Under the pieces are notes generated by a model. It saw nothing but the letters and a program-made list of their open reading frames with translations. It ran no database searches and had not been told where the DNA came from. DNA of 62,917 nucleotides, the filler included, from Candidatus Woesearchaeota archaeon (GTDB lineage Archaea; Nanobdellota; Nanobdellia; Pacearchaeales; UBA284): NCBI GenBank assembly GCA_964354405.1. It is 6 parts of 6 records of this genome, joined end to end, with 100 filler letters (N's around TTAATTAATTAA, not from the genome) between each part and the next. Parts side by side here need not be neighbours in the genome. Positions count along the whole stretch, not along the records: positions 1 to 18,997 come from CAYGZP010000005.1; positions 19,098 to 36,451 come from CAYGZP010000006.1; 4 more parts are not named here. One strand, 5' to 3'. A program made the position numbers and the translations under genes. Below are positions 10,069 through 20,000 of the stretch, in pieces; the first letter of the stretch is position 1, and each line of letters begins with the position of its first letter.

Positions 10069-12483
10069 ATGGCTAAGACAAATAGCAAGTTAGACAAAAC
10101 ACTTATGGATAAAGCTATAATCGGTTTGTTTCTGATTTTTATTATAATCGCTCTTGTTGTTTTGTTCCAGGCTCCTGTTCAGATAACCACCACTCCAACT
10201 TCTGCTCTAGATTCTGTTCCTATCACCGGACAGGTAGTGAGTTCTGCAGAATTGACAAAGATTCAATATAACACTAATGAACCAATGAGCGGAAAAGTTT
10301 TCTTACGATTAACCCCCGGAACTTATCCGCAGATTGAGATTCTTCCTCCAGAAACAATGATTCATGTCTTGATTTCAGGAAACATTACAAAATGCTCGGA
10401 AAAATATGTATGCTCTAGCGGACAAACAGTTTCATGGTACTATTTCAATGCAACAACTAAGGAATGCTCGTTGCTCGAGGCAGATCCAGAAGGAAAATGC
10501 TGCACAAGGGGGTATGGATGTAATCAAATAATAACTGATAATAGCTTTGAAGCAAGCGGTTTGAGGACAAGTGGCTTGAGGCCTGATTGGATTCCTCTTG
10601 TTACAGGATTGAATCCAACGAGCGCAGTTGGAGTTGAATCCGGGGGGTTTGTAGATGATATATATGAAGTTTCTTCTGATTATTCTGGTTTCGCAAATAG
10701 TCTTGATGTCATTGGAACTCCGACTACAACAACAGCCACAATAAAACAGGACTTGAGCGCAAGAAATGTTCATGTCCAGGATTTTACAGGAGTCACGCCC
10801 CCATATGGGGAAGAAGCAGTTACTTACGCAAGTCTTTCATCTCCCAAGACTTTGAAATTTGCTTTGAGATACAGCGCAGCGGGGTATGGCTCAAGCGGTT
10901 ATTATTTTGAGATAATAATAAGAGCTTTGTCAGGAAGCATACAACACAACCTTCATTATTATGCTGTCGCTCCAGGCAGCATAGGTTTTACTCCTCCTGT
11001 TTCAGACATTGACAAATATATTTTGATTGATGTTCCGACAGAAGATTATTGGTTTAACTTCACTAACCAATTTTATAACGATTGGATAACTGCATTTGGT
11101 CAAGCTTCTTACACTGACAAAATAGTTGGCATAGAGTTAGTTTCTTATGGAAAACTGCTCAATACTATAATGTACGGGCAGAAAGTCAACTTCGATGATG
11201 TGACATTGACAAAATATCACATATTATCTAATGACTGCGCAGCAAGAAGCACTGCTCAGGCTCTGAAAAAATGCTGTCTCAAAGAAAGTGGCATGGGAAA
11301 TTATTACGGCGAGCAGTTGAATTGTTCTGAAGGAAAAGAATGCTGGAGCAATTGTATGGGCTCAAGCTCGCTCAAAATCAGGAATTTCATAAGCAAAGCC
11401 GAGACTCCTGGCAAAGACAAATACAACTTGACAGAAGGTGAATGCGGATTTATTTCTGAGGGTTCTTGGATTGACTTGGAAGATTATTGTGGCCAAGGCG
11501 GAGTTGGCAAAGGTTACACAGCTTGTTTAAGCAACACCTCAACTTGCCAAGGATTCGGCGGGATAAATCTATACAAAGTTCCTATATCCTCATTATTGCA
11601 AACAGGATTCAAAACACCTTCTCAAAATGGCTCGTATAATCTAGTCATGAGTGTAGAATACATGCCGAGCTGGTATGAAGAAACGTATGGGGCAGATGCA
11701 GAACCAATAATCCTTACTAAAACTTCAGTTCCATTCTATGTCGGGGTTTCAGTTGTTTCAAATTGTTCTGATACATTTTATGATTGTTTAACAGCTCCGA
11801 TTATCACTGAGACAAACTGGACAACTTGCTACGCAAACTCGCAAACAAGGACAAAAACTCTCAACTGTACTTATGCAGGAAATGCAGTCTGCGAAAGATA
11901 TAAATTAATCACACAAGTCTTCACACAAAACTGCACAACAGTTATTTCTTGCACTGAGAATGATTACTCATGCACAGACTGGCAACCTGAGATATGCTCG
12001 CCAAGCTCGCAGCAATCAAGACAATGCTCATTAATCAACACAGATTGCAGTTCAACAGCTCCAGGTTCTGTTACCCCAGCAACATCTCAAGATTGTTCAG
12101 TAGATGTGGTTGCGCAGGCAATTCAGAGCATGAGCATAACGAGAAGCCAGGCAAAGACACAATTACAACAAGCTGGCTGGAGCTCAACTGAAATTGAGAC
12201 AATTTTAACTCAAGTTTATGGCGTTGAAGAAGCTCCATCAATGAGCTGGATAATTTATGCTGTGTTAATTGCTGTAGTCTTAGGAGCAGGAATTGTTGTT
12301 CTTGTCTTAACACTCGGAAAAAAGAAAGAGAAAGGATTAGATAATGCATATCCCGAACTCACAAGTTATATCCGCGATGCATTGACAACAGGCGCGACAA
12401 AACAGGAGATAACAACAAAGCTCCAAGAAGCTGGCTGGCCCAAAGATGCCATAGAATCTTCGTTTCGCGCGTCAATGGCATGA
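10069..12483 (+). CDS. Large Cys/Thr-rich membrane-anchored surface protein
   Basis: N-terminal and C-terminal hydrophobic helices, many Cys and NxS/T sequons, two L..AGW....IE helical repeats. Confidence 0.7.
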   Translation: MAKTNSKLDKTLMDKAIIGLFLIFIIIALVVLFQAPVQITTTPTSALDSVPITGQVVSSAELTKIQYNTNEPMSGKVFLRLTPGTYPQIEILPPETMIHVLISGNITKCSEKYVCSSGQTVSWYYFNATTKECSLLEADPEGKCCTRGYGCNQIITDNSFEASGLRTSGLRPDWIPLVTGLNPTSAVGVESGGFVDDIYEVSSDYSGFANSLDVIGTPTTTTATIKQDLSARNVHVQDFTGVTPPYGEEAVTYASLSSPKTLKFALRYSAAGYGSSGYYFEIIIRALSGSIQHNLHYYAVAPGSIGFTPPVSDIDKYILIDVPTEDYWFNFTNQFYNDWITAFGQASYTDKIVGIELVSYGKLLNTIMYGQKVNFDDVTLTKYHILSNDCAARSTAQALKKCCLKESGMGNYYGEQLNCSEGKECWSNCMGSSSLKIRNFISKAETPGKDKYNLTEGECGFISEGSWIDLEDYCGQGGVGKGYTACLSNTSTCQGFGGINLYKVPISSLLQTGFKTPSQNGSYNLVMSVEYMPSWYEETYGADAEPIILTKTSVPFYVGVSVVSNCSDTFYDCLTAPIITETNWTTCYANSQTRTKTLNCTYAGNAVCERYKLITQVFTQNCTTVISCTENDYSCTDWQPEICSPSSQQSRQCSLINTDCSSTAPGSVTPATSQDCSVDVVAQAIQSMSITRSQAKTQLQQAGWSSTEIETILTQVYGVEEAPSMSWIIYAVLIAVVLGAGIVVLVLTLGKKKEKGLDNAYPELTSYIRDALTTGATKQEITTKLQEAGWPKDAIESSFRASMA

Positions 12484-12617
12484 TTGCAAATTAATAAATA
12501 ATAATTCAAGATAAACCTGCCCGACAAACCTCGCTTTTCAATCATTTTTCACATATCTTAATAGTTAAAAGAGAAACAAAGAGAAACCTTTTTTAATCCT
12601 CTTGCTCTTGATAATAA

Positions 12618-12929
12618 ATGATAAACATAAAGTTTTCAGCAACCGCGCTTTTTCTATCATTAATTCTTTTACTTCTTGCAGTCATGGGCGCGAGTGGATG
12701 CGCGCCACAGGCCGAATGTTTCACAGATGATGATTGTGTCAAGGTTAATTTGACTTGCTGCCCTTGCAATTCAGGCGGCACAGAACAATGCGTCTCAAAA
12801 GCACTGGCAAATGTCTATGAAGATAAGTTGAAAAACTGTCCTCCACAAGGCGAACTTCTATGCACAGCGCTCTATAATTGCAAGATAGACACATGTACTT
12901 GTGTAAAGGGAAAATGCGGCGCTGGATAA
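12618..12929 (+). CDS. Small Cys-rich lipoprotein
   Basis: Signal peptide with ASGC lipobox; EC..DDDC...CCPC..GG..C. Confidence 0.7.
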   Translation: MINIKFSATALFLSLILLLLAVMGASGCAPQAECFTDDDCVKVNLTCCPCNSGGTEQCVSKALANVYEDKLKNCPPQGELLCTALYNCKIDTCTCVKGKCGAG

Positions 12930-12939
12930 AGAGGGAAAG

Positions 12940-13254
12940 ATGACAAAACCAATTGAAAAGAAACTCAAGCTCATGCCAACGCTCCGAGAGAAAAGGCATT
13001 ATCTTGTCATCAAATCAAAGAAGGCGTTGAGTGAGAACGAATTAAAGGAAAAGATAGACAAGGCAGTCTTGGATTTTATAGGGATTTATGGTTATGCAAA
13101 AGCAGGAGTGCTTTTCATTGAGCTCAGGAAAAATTATGCTATAATAAGCATCACAACAAAGTTTGTGGAGCAAGTCAAGGCTTCTCTCACTCTTGCAGAT
13201 TTAGAATGTGTCGGAGTTTCAGGAACGATTAAGAAAGTTAGAAGGTTTATTTAG
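12940..13254 (+). CDS. RNase P protein Pop5/Rpp14
   Basis: PTLREKRHYL at N-terminus, GVSGTIKK at C-terminus. Confidence 0.85.
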   Translation: MTKPIEKKLKLMPTLREKRHYLVIKSKKALSENELKEKIDKAVLDFIGIYGYAKAGVLFIELRKNYAIISITTKFVEQVKASLTLADLECVGVSGTIKKVRRFI

Positions 13255-14342
13255 AAATTAGTGTAATCGTCATCTTCAGCTTCTGCGACAATGCTTATTT
13301 TTTTGTCGTATTCATCTATTTTCTCTTTGACTTTTTTGTTTATAGCATAGTATTCTTTAGTCAACTCTTCATCTGAAACTCCGAGTCTAAATATTTTCAG
13401 CAGATGAAGGGCATCAGATTTTTTTTGTATCACTATTAACTCCAGACTGCAACCTCTCCTAATTAATTCTTCTTGCCTTTTTATAATATAGGGCGCCTCA
13501 TCTGAAAAATCTTCTTTATTAAGCGCGTGAGCTTCAATAGCAAAATTATCAACAACAAAATCCAGATTAAGGGTTTTTCTTTTGTCTCCAGAGATATCTT
13601 CTACAGGAACCTGGAAATTTTCTCCTTCTTTCAGCTCATTAATTATCTTTGCTTCTAAAAGAAACAGGGCATAATACCTTTCGAATTTAGAACCGAATTT
13701 AACTTCTCCTTCCCCGAAATCAAAGTAGCAATCTGGAAAATGTCCTAATCTATGGCTTTCATCTAAATTTTTTCTTGCTTTCGCCCCTGAATCAGAATGT
13801 CTGTTATCATTATGCAAAGCCAAGCCCCCTTGCTTGCCATCCTCTATTAGATTCTTGGGATGCTTTCCTAGATTTTCAAACCACCTGTCATGCCATATTT
13901 TTTTGGCTTTTTCCTCCCCAAATTTTTCTATAATTTTTTGGGGTATTTTCCCCACATTATCTAACGCGATTGTTTCATGCTCTTCCAGAGTGATTAGCCC
14001 AAGCTCATATGCATTTTTCATGGCGCTTTGATAGGCTTTTCTACCTATTCCATATTTTATTTTTAAATCCTTGACACACATCCCTTGCTTTCGGTCTTCA
14101 ATTAATGCTTTAATACATTCATCGCTCAATTTAAAGTGCCCTTTTCTATTACTCCCCCGCCTTCCAATGATTTTTTTAAGTTCTTCTTCAGTTATCCATC
14201 CGTTTTGTATAGCATAATTAGTGTATTTTGAAACAAGAGGATGGCACATATCATATTTCTCAGAAATTGCTTTAACACATAATCCCCTTTTCCTATCCTC
14301 AAGCATCTCTTTTATTTGTTCATCATTTAACTTGTATGGCAT
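13251..14342 (-). CDS. Tandem HTH repeats fused to a putative PD-(D/E)XK-type nuclease
   Basis: Repeat KL.DE.IK...EDRK.G.CVK....KY twice; SKFE...NLDFVVDNFAIEAH. Confidence 0.55.
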   Translation of the reverse strand: MPYKLNDEQIKEMLEDRKRGLCVKAISEKYDMCHPLVSKYTNYAIQNGWITEEELKKIIGRRGSNRKGHFKLSDECIKALIEDRKQGMCVKDLKIKYGIGRKAYQSAMKNAYELGLITLEEHETIALDNVGKIPQKIIEKFGEEKAKKIWHDRWFENLGKHPKNLIEDGKQGGLALHNDNRHSDSGAKARKNLDESHRLGHFPDCYFDFGEGEVKFGSKFERYYALFLLEAKIINELKEGENFQVPVEDISGDKRKTLNLDFVVDNFAIEAHALNKEDFSDEAPYIIKRQEELIRRGCSLELIVIQKKSDALHLLKIFRLGVSDEELTKEYYAINKKVKEKIDEYDKKISIVAEAEDDDYTNF

Positions 14343-14361
14343 TGTCCACCTTCTTTGTTTT

Positions 14362-15882
14362 TCATTCCTTTTTAAAAATCTGATGTGTTGCTCTGTCTCT
14401 CAATCTTCGCATTGCCTCTGTCTGCCATCTACCTTTCCTTTTCCTGTATTCTATCTTAACGGCGGGTTCAGTTGGAATAATAAATCCTTTTTTCAAAAAG
14501 CAAGAGCCGCAATAAGTCGTGATATCGTTATGATGACAGAGTCTCACGCAATTATTATTCTCTCCAATTAATTTAGAGTAATCCTCATGAGTTCTTTGTG
14601 CAATTAATTGATTGCTTTTCCATTTATAGCCCCCATGGATTTTTCCGTTGATGGATTCGAGCATAAGTTGCTCTGGATTCATTGTTAAATCCTCCCACGA
14701 GCCGCCAACTATCTCTCGAGCAACTTTCTTGCCAGGGAATCTTATTGCTAGAAGCTGAACAAGAAGATTATGTTTATTTGCAAAATTTAAAATATTTGAT
14801 TCTCTGTCAGTTATTTCGTTAGGCAAGTCAACGAGCAAATATAATATGGCATTAACTCCGTGTTCTTTGTACTTTACAGCTTGCTCAAGTCTCCATTCAT
14901 TGTTGCAGCCATGAACCACAGATCCTCTCTCAAATTTATCATCTCTTGTGCTATAGAGCACAACAGAATCCGTCTTTCTCAGCAATTTTGTGACATCTTT
15001 ATCAAACTCGAGAAATTTTGTTGGCATTACAACCTTCGTGTTTGTTTCAACGCAAGCTTCAAGAGTTGTTATAAGAGGATTTCTTGTGAATTTTGAGCCA
15101 CACTCTGTTCTTTTTCCCAATCTCAAGATAATATCTCTTTCAAGGATTTTCTTTTTATTGTTCAATTCCTCTATCAAATGAGCTTTGTCTATGTTAACTA
15201 AGGTTTTAGGAAAACTTTTGTGCTGATAGCCAGCATAGCAGTAGCTACATTCCGCATGCAAATCCAAAAAATATCCTGTAAATCTTTTTCCATCAAATGA
15301 AGCGTGATTGCCGGGGACAAATCCCGAGATGCAACCCCCAGAAAAATCCAGGTTTGTGTCGAGAATGCAAGAAGAAATAAACTCTTGTTTGCCGTCTCTT
15401 AGATAATGTTCAGCATTTATTATCCTCAAGGGAGTTACAGGGATTATTCTGTCAACTAAAGTTATCTTATTTTGCCCAGGATTTTTTGCAGGAGCCCTAC
15501 AAAAATTCAAGATATCTGCTCTTATTAAATGTAATAATAGAGGATGATTGGGTTTTATTTCTGTCCTAATATTATATGCATTGTCTATTGCTTCTATCCC
15601 TTTTCCCTTGAACATTAATGTAGTTCTAGTAAATTTTTGTTCTACATATCTGTTGATTGTAAGCTCTCTTTTAATGTCAATTTCTTCAGAAATATCATGC
15701 AACTTGTCTTTCAAAAGAAAAATATCAATGCCGCGGGAGTTGCCTCCAAACTGGTAAGAAACATGCGCGACAGTTTCATAATTTTTGTTTGGAGCTGCGC
15801 GATAAACATCTGCCCAGTAGTTGTACAAAGCGGCATAAACATTCCCTTTTTTATCTTGATAAATGCTTCCAGGAATTTTCAT
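14362..15882 (-). CDS. Atypical radical SAM protein (spore-photoproduct-lyase-like)
   Basis: GGC...ECSYCYA, ILRLGKRTE, PTKF; C-terminal CHH...CGSC. Confidence 0.6.
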   Translation of the reverse strand: MKIPGSIYQDKKGNVYAALYNYWADVYRAAPNKNYETVAHVSYQFGGNSRGIDIFLLKDKLHDISEEIDIKRELTINRYVEQKFTRTTLMFKGKGIEAIDNAYNIRTEIKPNHPLLLHLIRADILNFCRAPAKNPGQNKITLVDRIIPVTPLRIINAEHYLRDGKQEFISSCILDTNLDFSGGCISGFVPGNHASFDGKRFTGYFLDLHAECSYCYAGYQHKSFPKTLVNIDKAHLIEELNNKKKILERDIILRLGKRTECGSKFTRNPLITTLEACVETNTKVVMPTKFLEFDKDVTKLLRKTDSVVLYSTRDDKFERGSVVHGCNNEWRLEQAVKYKEHGVNAILYLLVDLPNEITDRESNILNFANKHNLLVQLLAIRFPGKKVAREIVGGSWEDLTMNPEQLMLESINGKIHGGYKWKSNQLIAQRTHEDYSKLIGENNNCVRLCHHNDITTYCGSCFLKKGFIIPTEPAVKIEYRKRKGRWQTEAMRRLRDRATHQIFKKE

Positions 15883-16781
15883 TTTATTTCTTTTCTCTCA
15901 AAACTTAAAGTCAGTGCGAGTTGATCTCGTTTATTATATTCTTTTTTGTGAAGCCTTGCTTTTCTCGTTATCCTTGGCAAGTCTTTATCGCAATAATCAT
16001 CCAAGGGACAATATAATCTGCAAACTCCGCTGTTATTTTTTGAACATAAGTCATGCCCTATAATCCATACAGTAGGATCCAAAAGAACCGCATTAAATTT
16101 ATGTTCATCACATATTTTTTTATATAATCGCGATAATTTTTCAGCTGCTTTGTCTGTCCTCAAGCCACTCGCTGCTTCAAAAACCCCACATCCCGCGGAT
16201 ATTTTGACAAAATGCCTGTCGACTTTGGGAGCCAAATCTTTTGTCTCTTTTATTTTATATCTTGTAAGAAAGATAAGATAAAGTGTTGATTCTCCAGTTC
16301 CATAACCCATAAACTGTTTTAAATCTTTGACAGATTGCTTGAAATCATCACTTGTTAAAGCATTCAAGGGATTCCCTTTAAAATCTGCTAGAAGTTTTTG
16401 GGCATTTTTTACAGTAAACTCACCAAATGCAAGAGGTATAGCAACTTTGACTTTGTTAAGAAATTCATTATTCAACTGAGCATTAAAAATACGTTCATTT
16501 TCCAAACTTCTATTATCAAAAAATGTAGGATTATCAAGATAAAACTCTTTTAATTGTTTGTAATATGTCGTTGAATCAATTAATTTATCTCCCGGCGTTG
16601 TGAAGAAAAACCACTTTGCAACCCGTTCTTTATATTCTATGACATCAACAAGTCTTTTCTCAGGCAACATTCTCTTTTCAATGTCTTTTTGTGAAAATAT
16701 CCCTTTCTTCTTTTCATAAGCATCCAATACAATTTGACATAATTCTACCGCCCTTTTTTCATTTAGCTCTAAATTTCCCAT
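15879..16781 (-). CDS. HhH-GPD/endonuclease III-related glycosylase-like protein with Fe-S motif
   Basis: LKQFMGYG hairpin, PKVDRH, W.IG..LC-x7-C-x3-C-x5-C. Confidence 0.7.
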   Translation of the reverse strand: MGNLELNEKRAVELCQIVLDAYEKKKGIFSQKDIEKRMLPEKRLVDVIEYKERVAKWFFFTTPGDKLIDSTTYYKQLKEFYLDNPTFFDNRSLENERIFNAQLNNEFLNKVKVAIPLAFGEFTVKNAQKLLADFKGNPLNALTSDDFKQSVKDLKQFMGYGTGESTLYLIFLTRYKIKETKDLAPKVDRHFVKISAGCGVFEAASGLRTDKAAEKLSRLYKKICDEHKFNAVLLDPTVWIIGHDLCSKNNSGVCRLYCPLDDYCDKDLPRITRKARLHKKEYNKRDQLALTLSFERKEIK

Positions 16782-16782
16782 T

Positions 16783-17175
16783 TTATCTCTTTTCCCTCGC
16801 CTCATCACTTTTTTTATTCAAAAATTCTCTTATTTTTTGTGCGGAATATTCATTAGCAACATAAGACACAATAACATTACAGGGCGCTAAATTATCTTCT
16901 GCGTTTTTAGAGACATTGCAGTAAATTGCCGCCAAGTTTTTCTTGCCTTCTATTAAAAAATAATATCCATCAGGAGCTTTGAGATGTTTTGATTTGTCTC
17001 CTGTCTGATGAATATAATATGATATACTGAATAAGATGACTTTTGCGACTCCAAGGCATTCTCCTCCGCTAAGTTTTGTTTTAGATTCAAAAGTTCTTCC
17101 CCCAATTCTGGAATTTTTTATTTTTTCTACAAATCCATCATACTCAATAATCAAATCAGTAAGTTCTTTGCTCAT
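16783..17175 (-). CDS. Hypothetical protein
   Basis: ORF from MSKEL; stop 1 nt before the next start. Confidence 0.6.
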   Translation of the reverse strand: MSKELTDLIIEYDGFVEKIKNSRIGGRTFESKTKLSGGECLGVAKVILFSISYYIHQTGDKSKHLKAPDGYYFLIEGKKNLAAIYCNVSKNAEDNLAPCNVIVSYVANEYSAQKIREFLNKKSDEAREKR

Positions 17176-18317
17176 TTTTCTGTTTCCCTCGCCTCTCGCT
17201 CTTCTTAGCAAGGAGACTTGCATTTGAGATATTATAAAGATTATTGTAAAGAAAAATAGATTTTAGAAATTGAGAAATAAAAAATCAAAAAACAGTGAGA
17301 GCATCGACACTGTAGCAAACATAAAACACAAAACAAAAAACACTTTTATACTTTCGTGGTTGGAAGATTAAATTTTATTGTAAATTTCAAATAAGGCTTT
17401 TAGTAGTTGCGGGCTGAAACCATCGTTGCCTTTGGCCTTACACCCCAACTCTATCAACGTTGTCTTCTTCAACGGCCTTAGTTGCCTATTTTCGCGGGCT
17501 GCTTCGAGCTTAGATGCTTTCAGCTCTTATCAGTCAAAGCGTAGCTGCGCGGCCTGCCCTATGAGGACAACCGCTAAACCAGAGGCTTCGAAGCAAGGTT
17601 CCTCTCGTACTACTTGCTTCTTCCACTCAGGCAACAACACGTCTAGTAGATATCAAACAAACTGTCTCGCGACGTTCTTAACCCAGCTAACGATCCCTTT
17701 TAATGCGTGAACCCCGACACCCTTGGCTGCTTGTGCACAGCCAGGATAGGAAGAGCCGACGGCGATGTACCAAACCGCACCGTCAATATGGACTATCGGG
17801 TGCGACAAGCCTGTTGTCCTTGGGGTATCTTTTCTGTCACATTCGAGTCTCACTAAAAAACTTCGAAGGTTCGCTGAGCCCTACTTTCGTATCTGCAGCT
17901 CTCTCTATGCGAGCCACAGTCAGGCGAGCTTTTGCCTCTACGCTCTAAATATAGTTTCCGACTATACTGAGCTCACCTTTGGGCCCTTCCGATATCTTTT
18001 CGGAAGGGTGCCGCCCCAGCCAAACTGCCCGCCAGTAGTTGTCCTTTTTCAAGTAAGTCTTTTATAAAAAGATAGCTAGTGTTACACTTTCGATCCGCCT
18101 CGCCAAAGCTACGCTTCATCTCTCCTAGCTACTCTATGTATCTCGCTACAAAAAACAACTACAAGTTGCAGTAAAGATCCACAAGGTCTTCGCTTCCCAC
18201 TAGACGTCCCTGGTCTTTGCACCAGGAAAAAAGGTTCGGAAGCTCGCTGGTAGGGACAGTGACCACCACGTTAAACCATTCATGCAAGTCGCCATTCAGA
18301 CGACAAGGTATTACGCT

Positions 18318-18976
<659 letters not shown>

Positions 18977-19097
18977 CACGGGTCTTAGCTCCCTTGANNN
19001 NNNNNNNNNNNNNNNNNNNNNNNNNNNNNNNNNNNNNNNNNTTAATTAATTAANNNNNNNNNNNNNNNNNNNNNNNNNNNNNNNNNNNNNNNNNNNN

Positions 19098-19122
19098 AGG
19101 TTCTAGAGGCCTGTCTGCCTCA
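19098..19122 (-). rRNA. rrl: Probable 5' end of the 23S rRNA gene
   Basis: TGAGGC can pair with 3' end GCCTTA; leader GAGGATTAG pairs with trailer TTAATCTTC; upstream BRE/TATA. Confidence 0.55.
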
Positions 19123-19165
19123 AATAAATTTTCTAATCCTCGCATGCAGAATATAGCATGGGAAT

Positions 19166-19182
19166 ACTTATAAACCTTTCGC
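19166..19182 (-). promoter_or_regulatory. Archaeal BRE-TATA promoter for the 23S gene
   Basis: GCGAAAGGTTTATAAG on minus strand. Confidence 0.55.
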
Positions 19183-19295
19183 TATTTGTCATTATACAAT
19201 GGTAACTATAACTAGACATGACAAAAATTTATAAACGCCGCGATATCTATCAAAATACAAAATAAAAAACAAATAAAATAAAAAAATACAAAAAA

Positions 19296-19502
19296 ATGCC
19301 ACAAACAATAGAACAACCCGCATTAATTCCTTATGGGGCTATAAAAGATATGTCATTAAGACAATTGGAAATACAGCAAGAAACAGCTATAGCGAAATTC
19401 AAGCAAGACTATTGTCCATCATGCGCAAACTACAATAGCTCGAAATGTAAGAATAATTCCTTTACTCGAGAAGGAAACTGTTGGTTTTACACACATTACT
19501 AA
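19296..19502 (+). CDS. Small Cys-containing hypothetical protein
   Basis: 68 aa, CPSC...C...C; TATA upstream. Confidence 0.5.
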   Translation: MPQTIEQPALIPYGAIKDMSLRQLEIQQETAIAKFKQDYCPSCANYNSSKCKNNSFTREGNCWFYTHY

Positions 19503-19589
19503 ACTCTTTTCTTTATCTTAACATGCTCTCCTATAACTATGTACTTCTATTACAACAATGATTAAAAATTATTCAATATATAAATAGAA

Positions 19590-20000
19590 ATGCAAAGAAA
19601 GAAGAGAGTTAATATATTTAGAAGAGGATTATCTACACCAAAGATAATAGAGAAAATCCCTGCAGGGATTTTTGGTTATGTATCCTGGGGCAGGGCAGGA
19701 GGTCAACCAGGCACTCCAGTTGAGGCAGGTAAGGGAACATTAAGCACACTTCTTAAAAGGTCTAGCACTCCGACTTATGAGGGATATGGCGCTGTCTATC
19801 CTGACCAACCCACTCGCATAATTTACTTAGGGATAAGCAGAGAAATTCCTTCTGGTCGTAAAATAAAACAAGACTTTGGGACTTATGATATTCACCAAGT
19901 CTTTCCCCGCGCAAAACATAAATTTGAAAATCAAGCAAAAAGAGATAAAGAATTGAAATATTTTTTGGCAGATATTTTAAAATACTTTAACGGAATCTAA
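19590..20000 (+). CDS. Hypothetical protein
   Basis: 136-aa ORF convergent with the HerA-like gene. Confidence 0.5.
   Translation: MQRKKRVNIFRRGLSTPKIIEKIPAGIFGYVSWGRAGGQPGTPVEAGKGTLSTLLKRSSTPTYEGYGAVYPDQPTRIIYLGISREIPSGRKIKQDFGTYDIHQVFPRAKHKFENQAKRDKELKYFLADILKYFNGI

Noticed and set aside
18998..19097. TTAATTAATTAA palindrome within N-runs (five occurrences in the window)
   Set aside because: Artificial all-frame-stop contig linker, not biological
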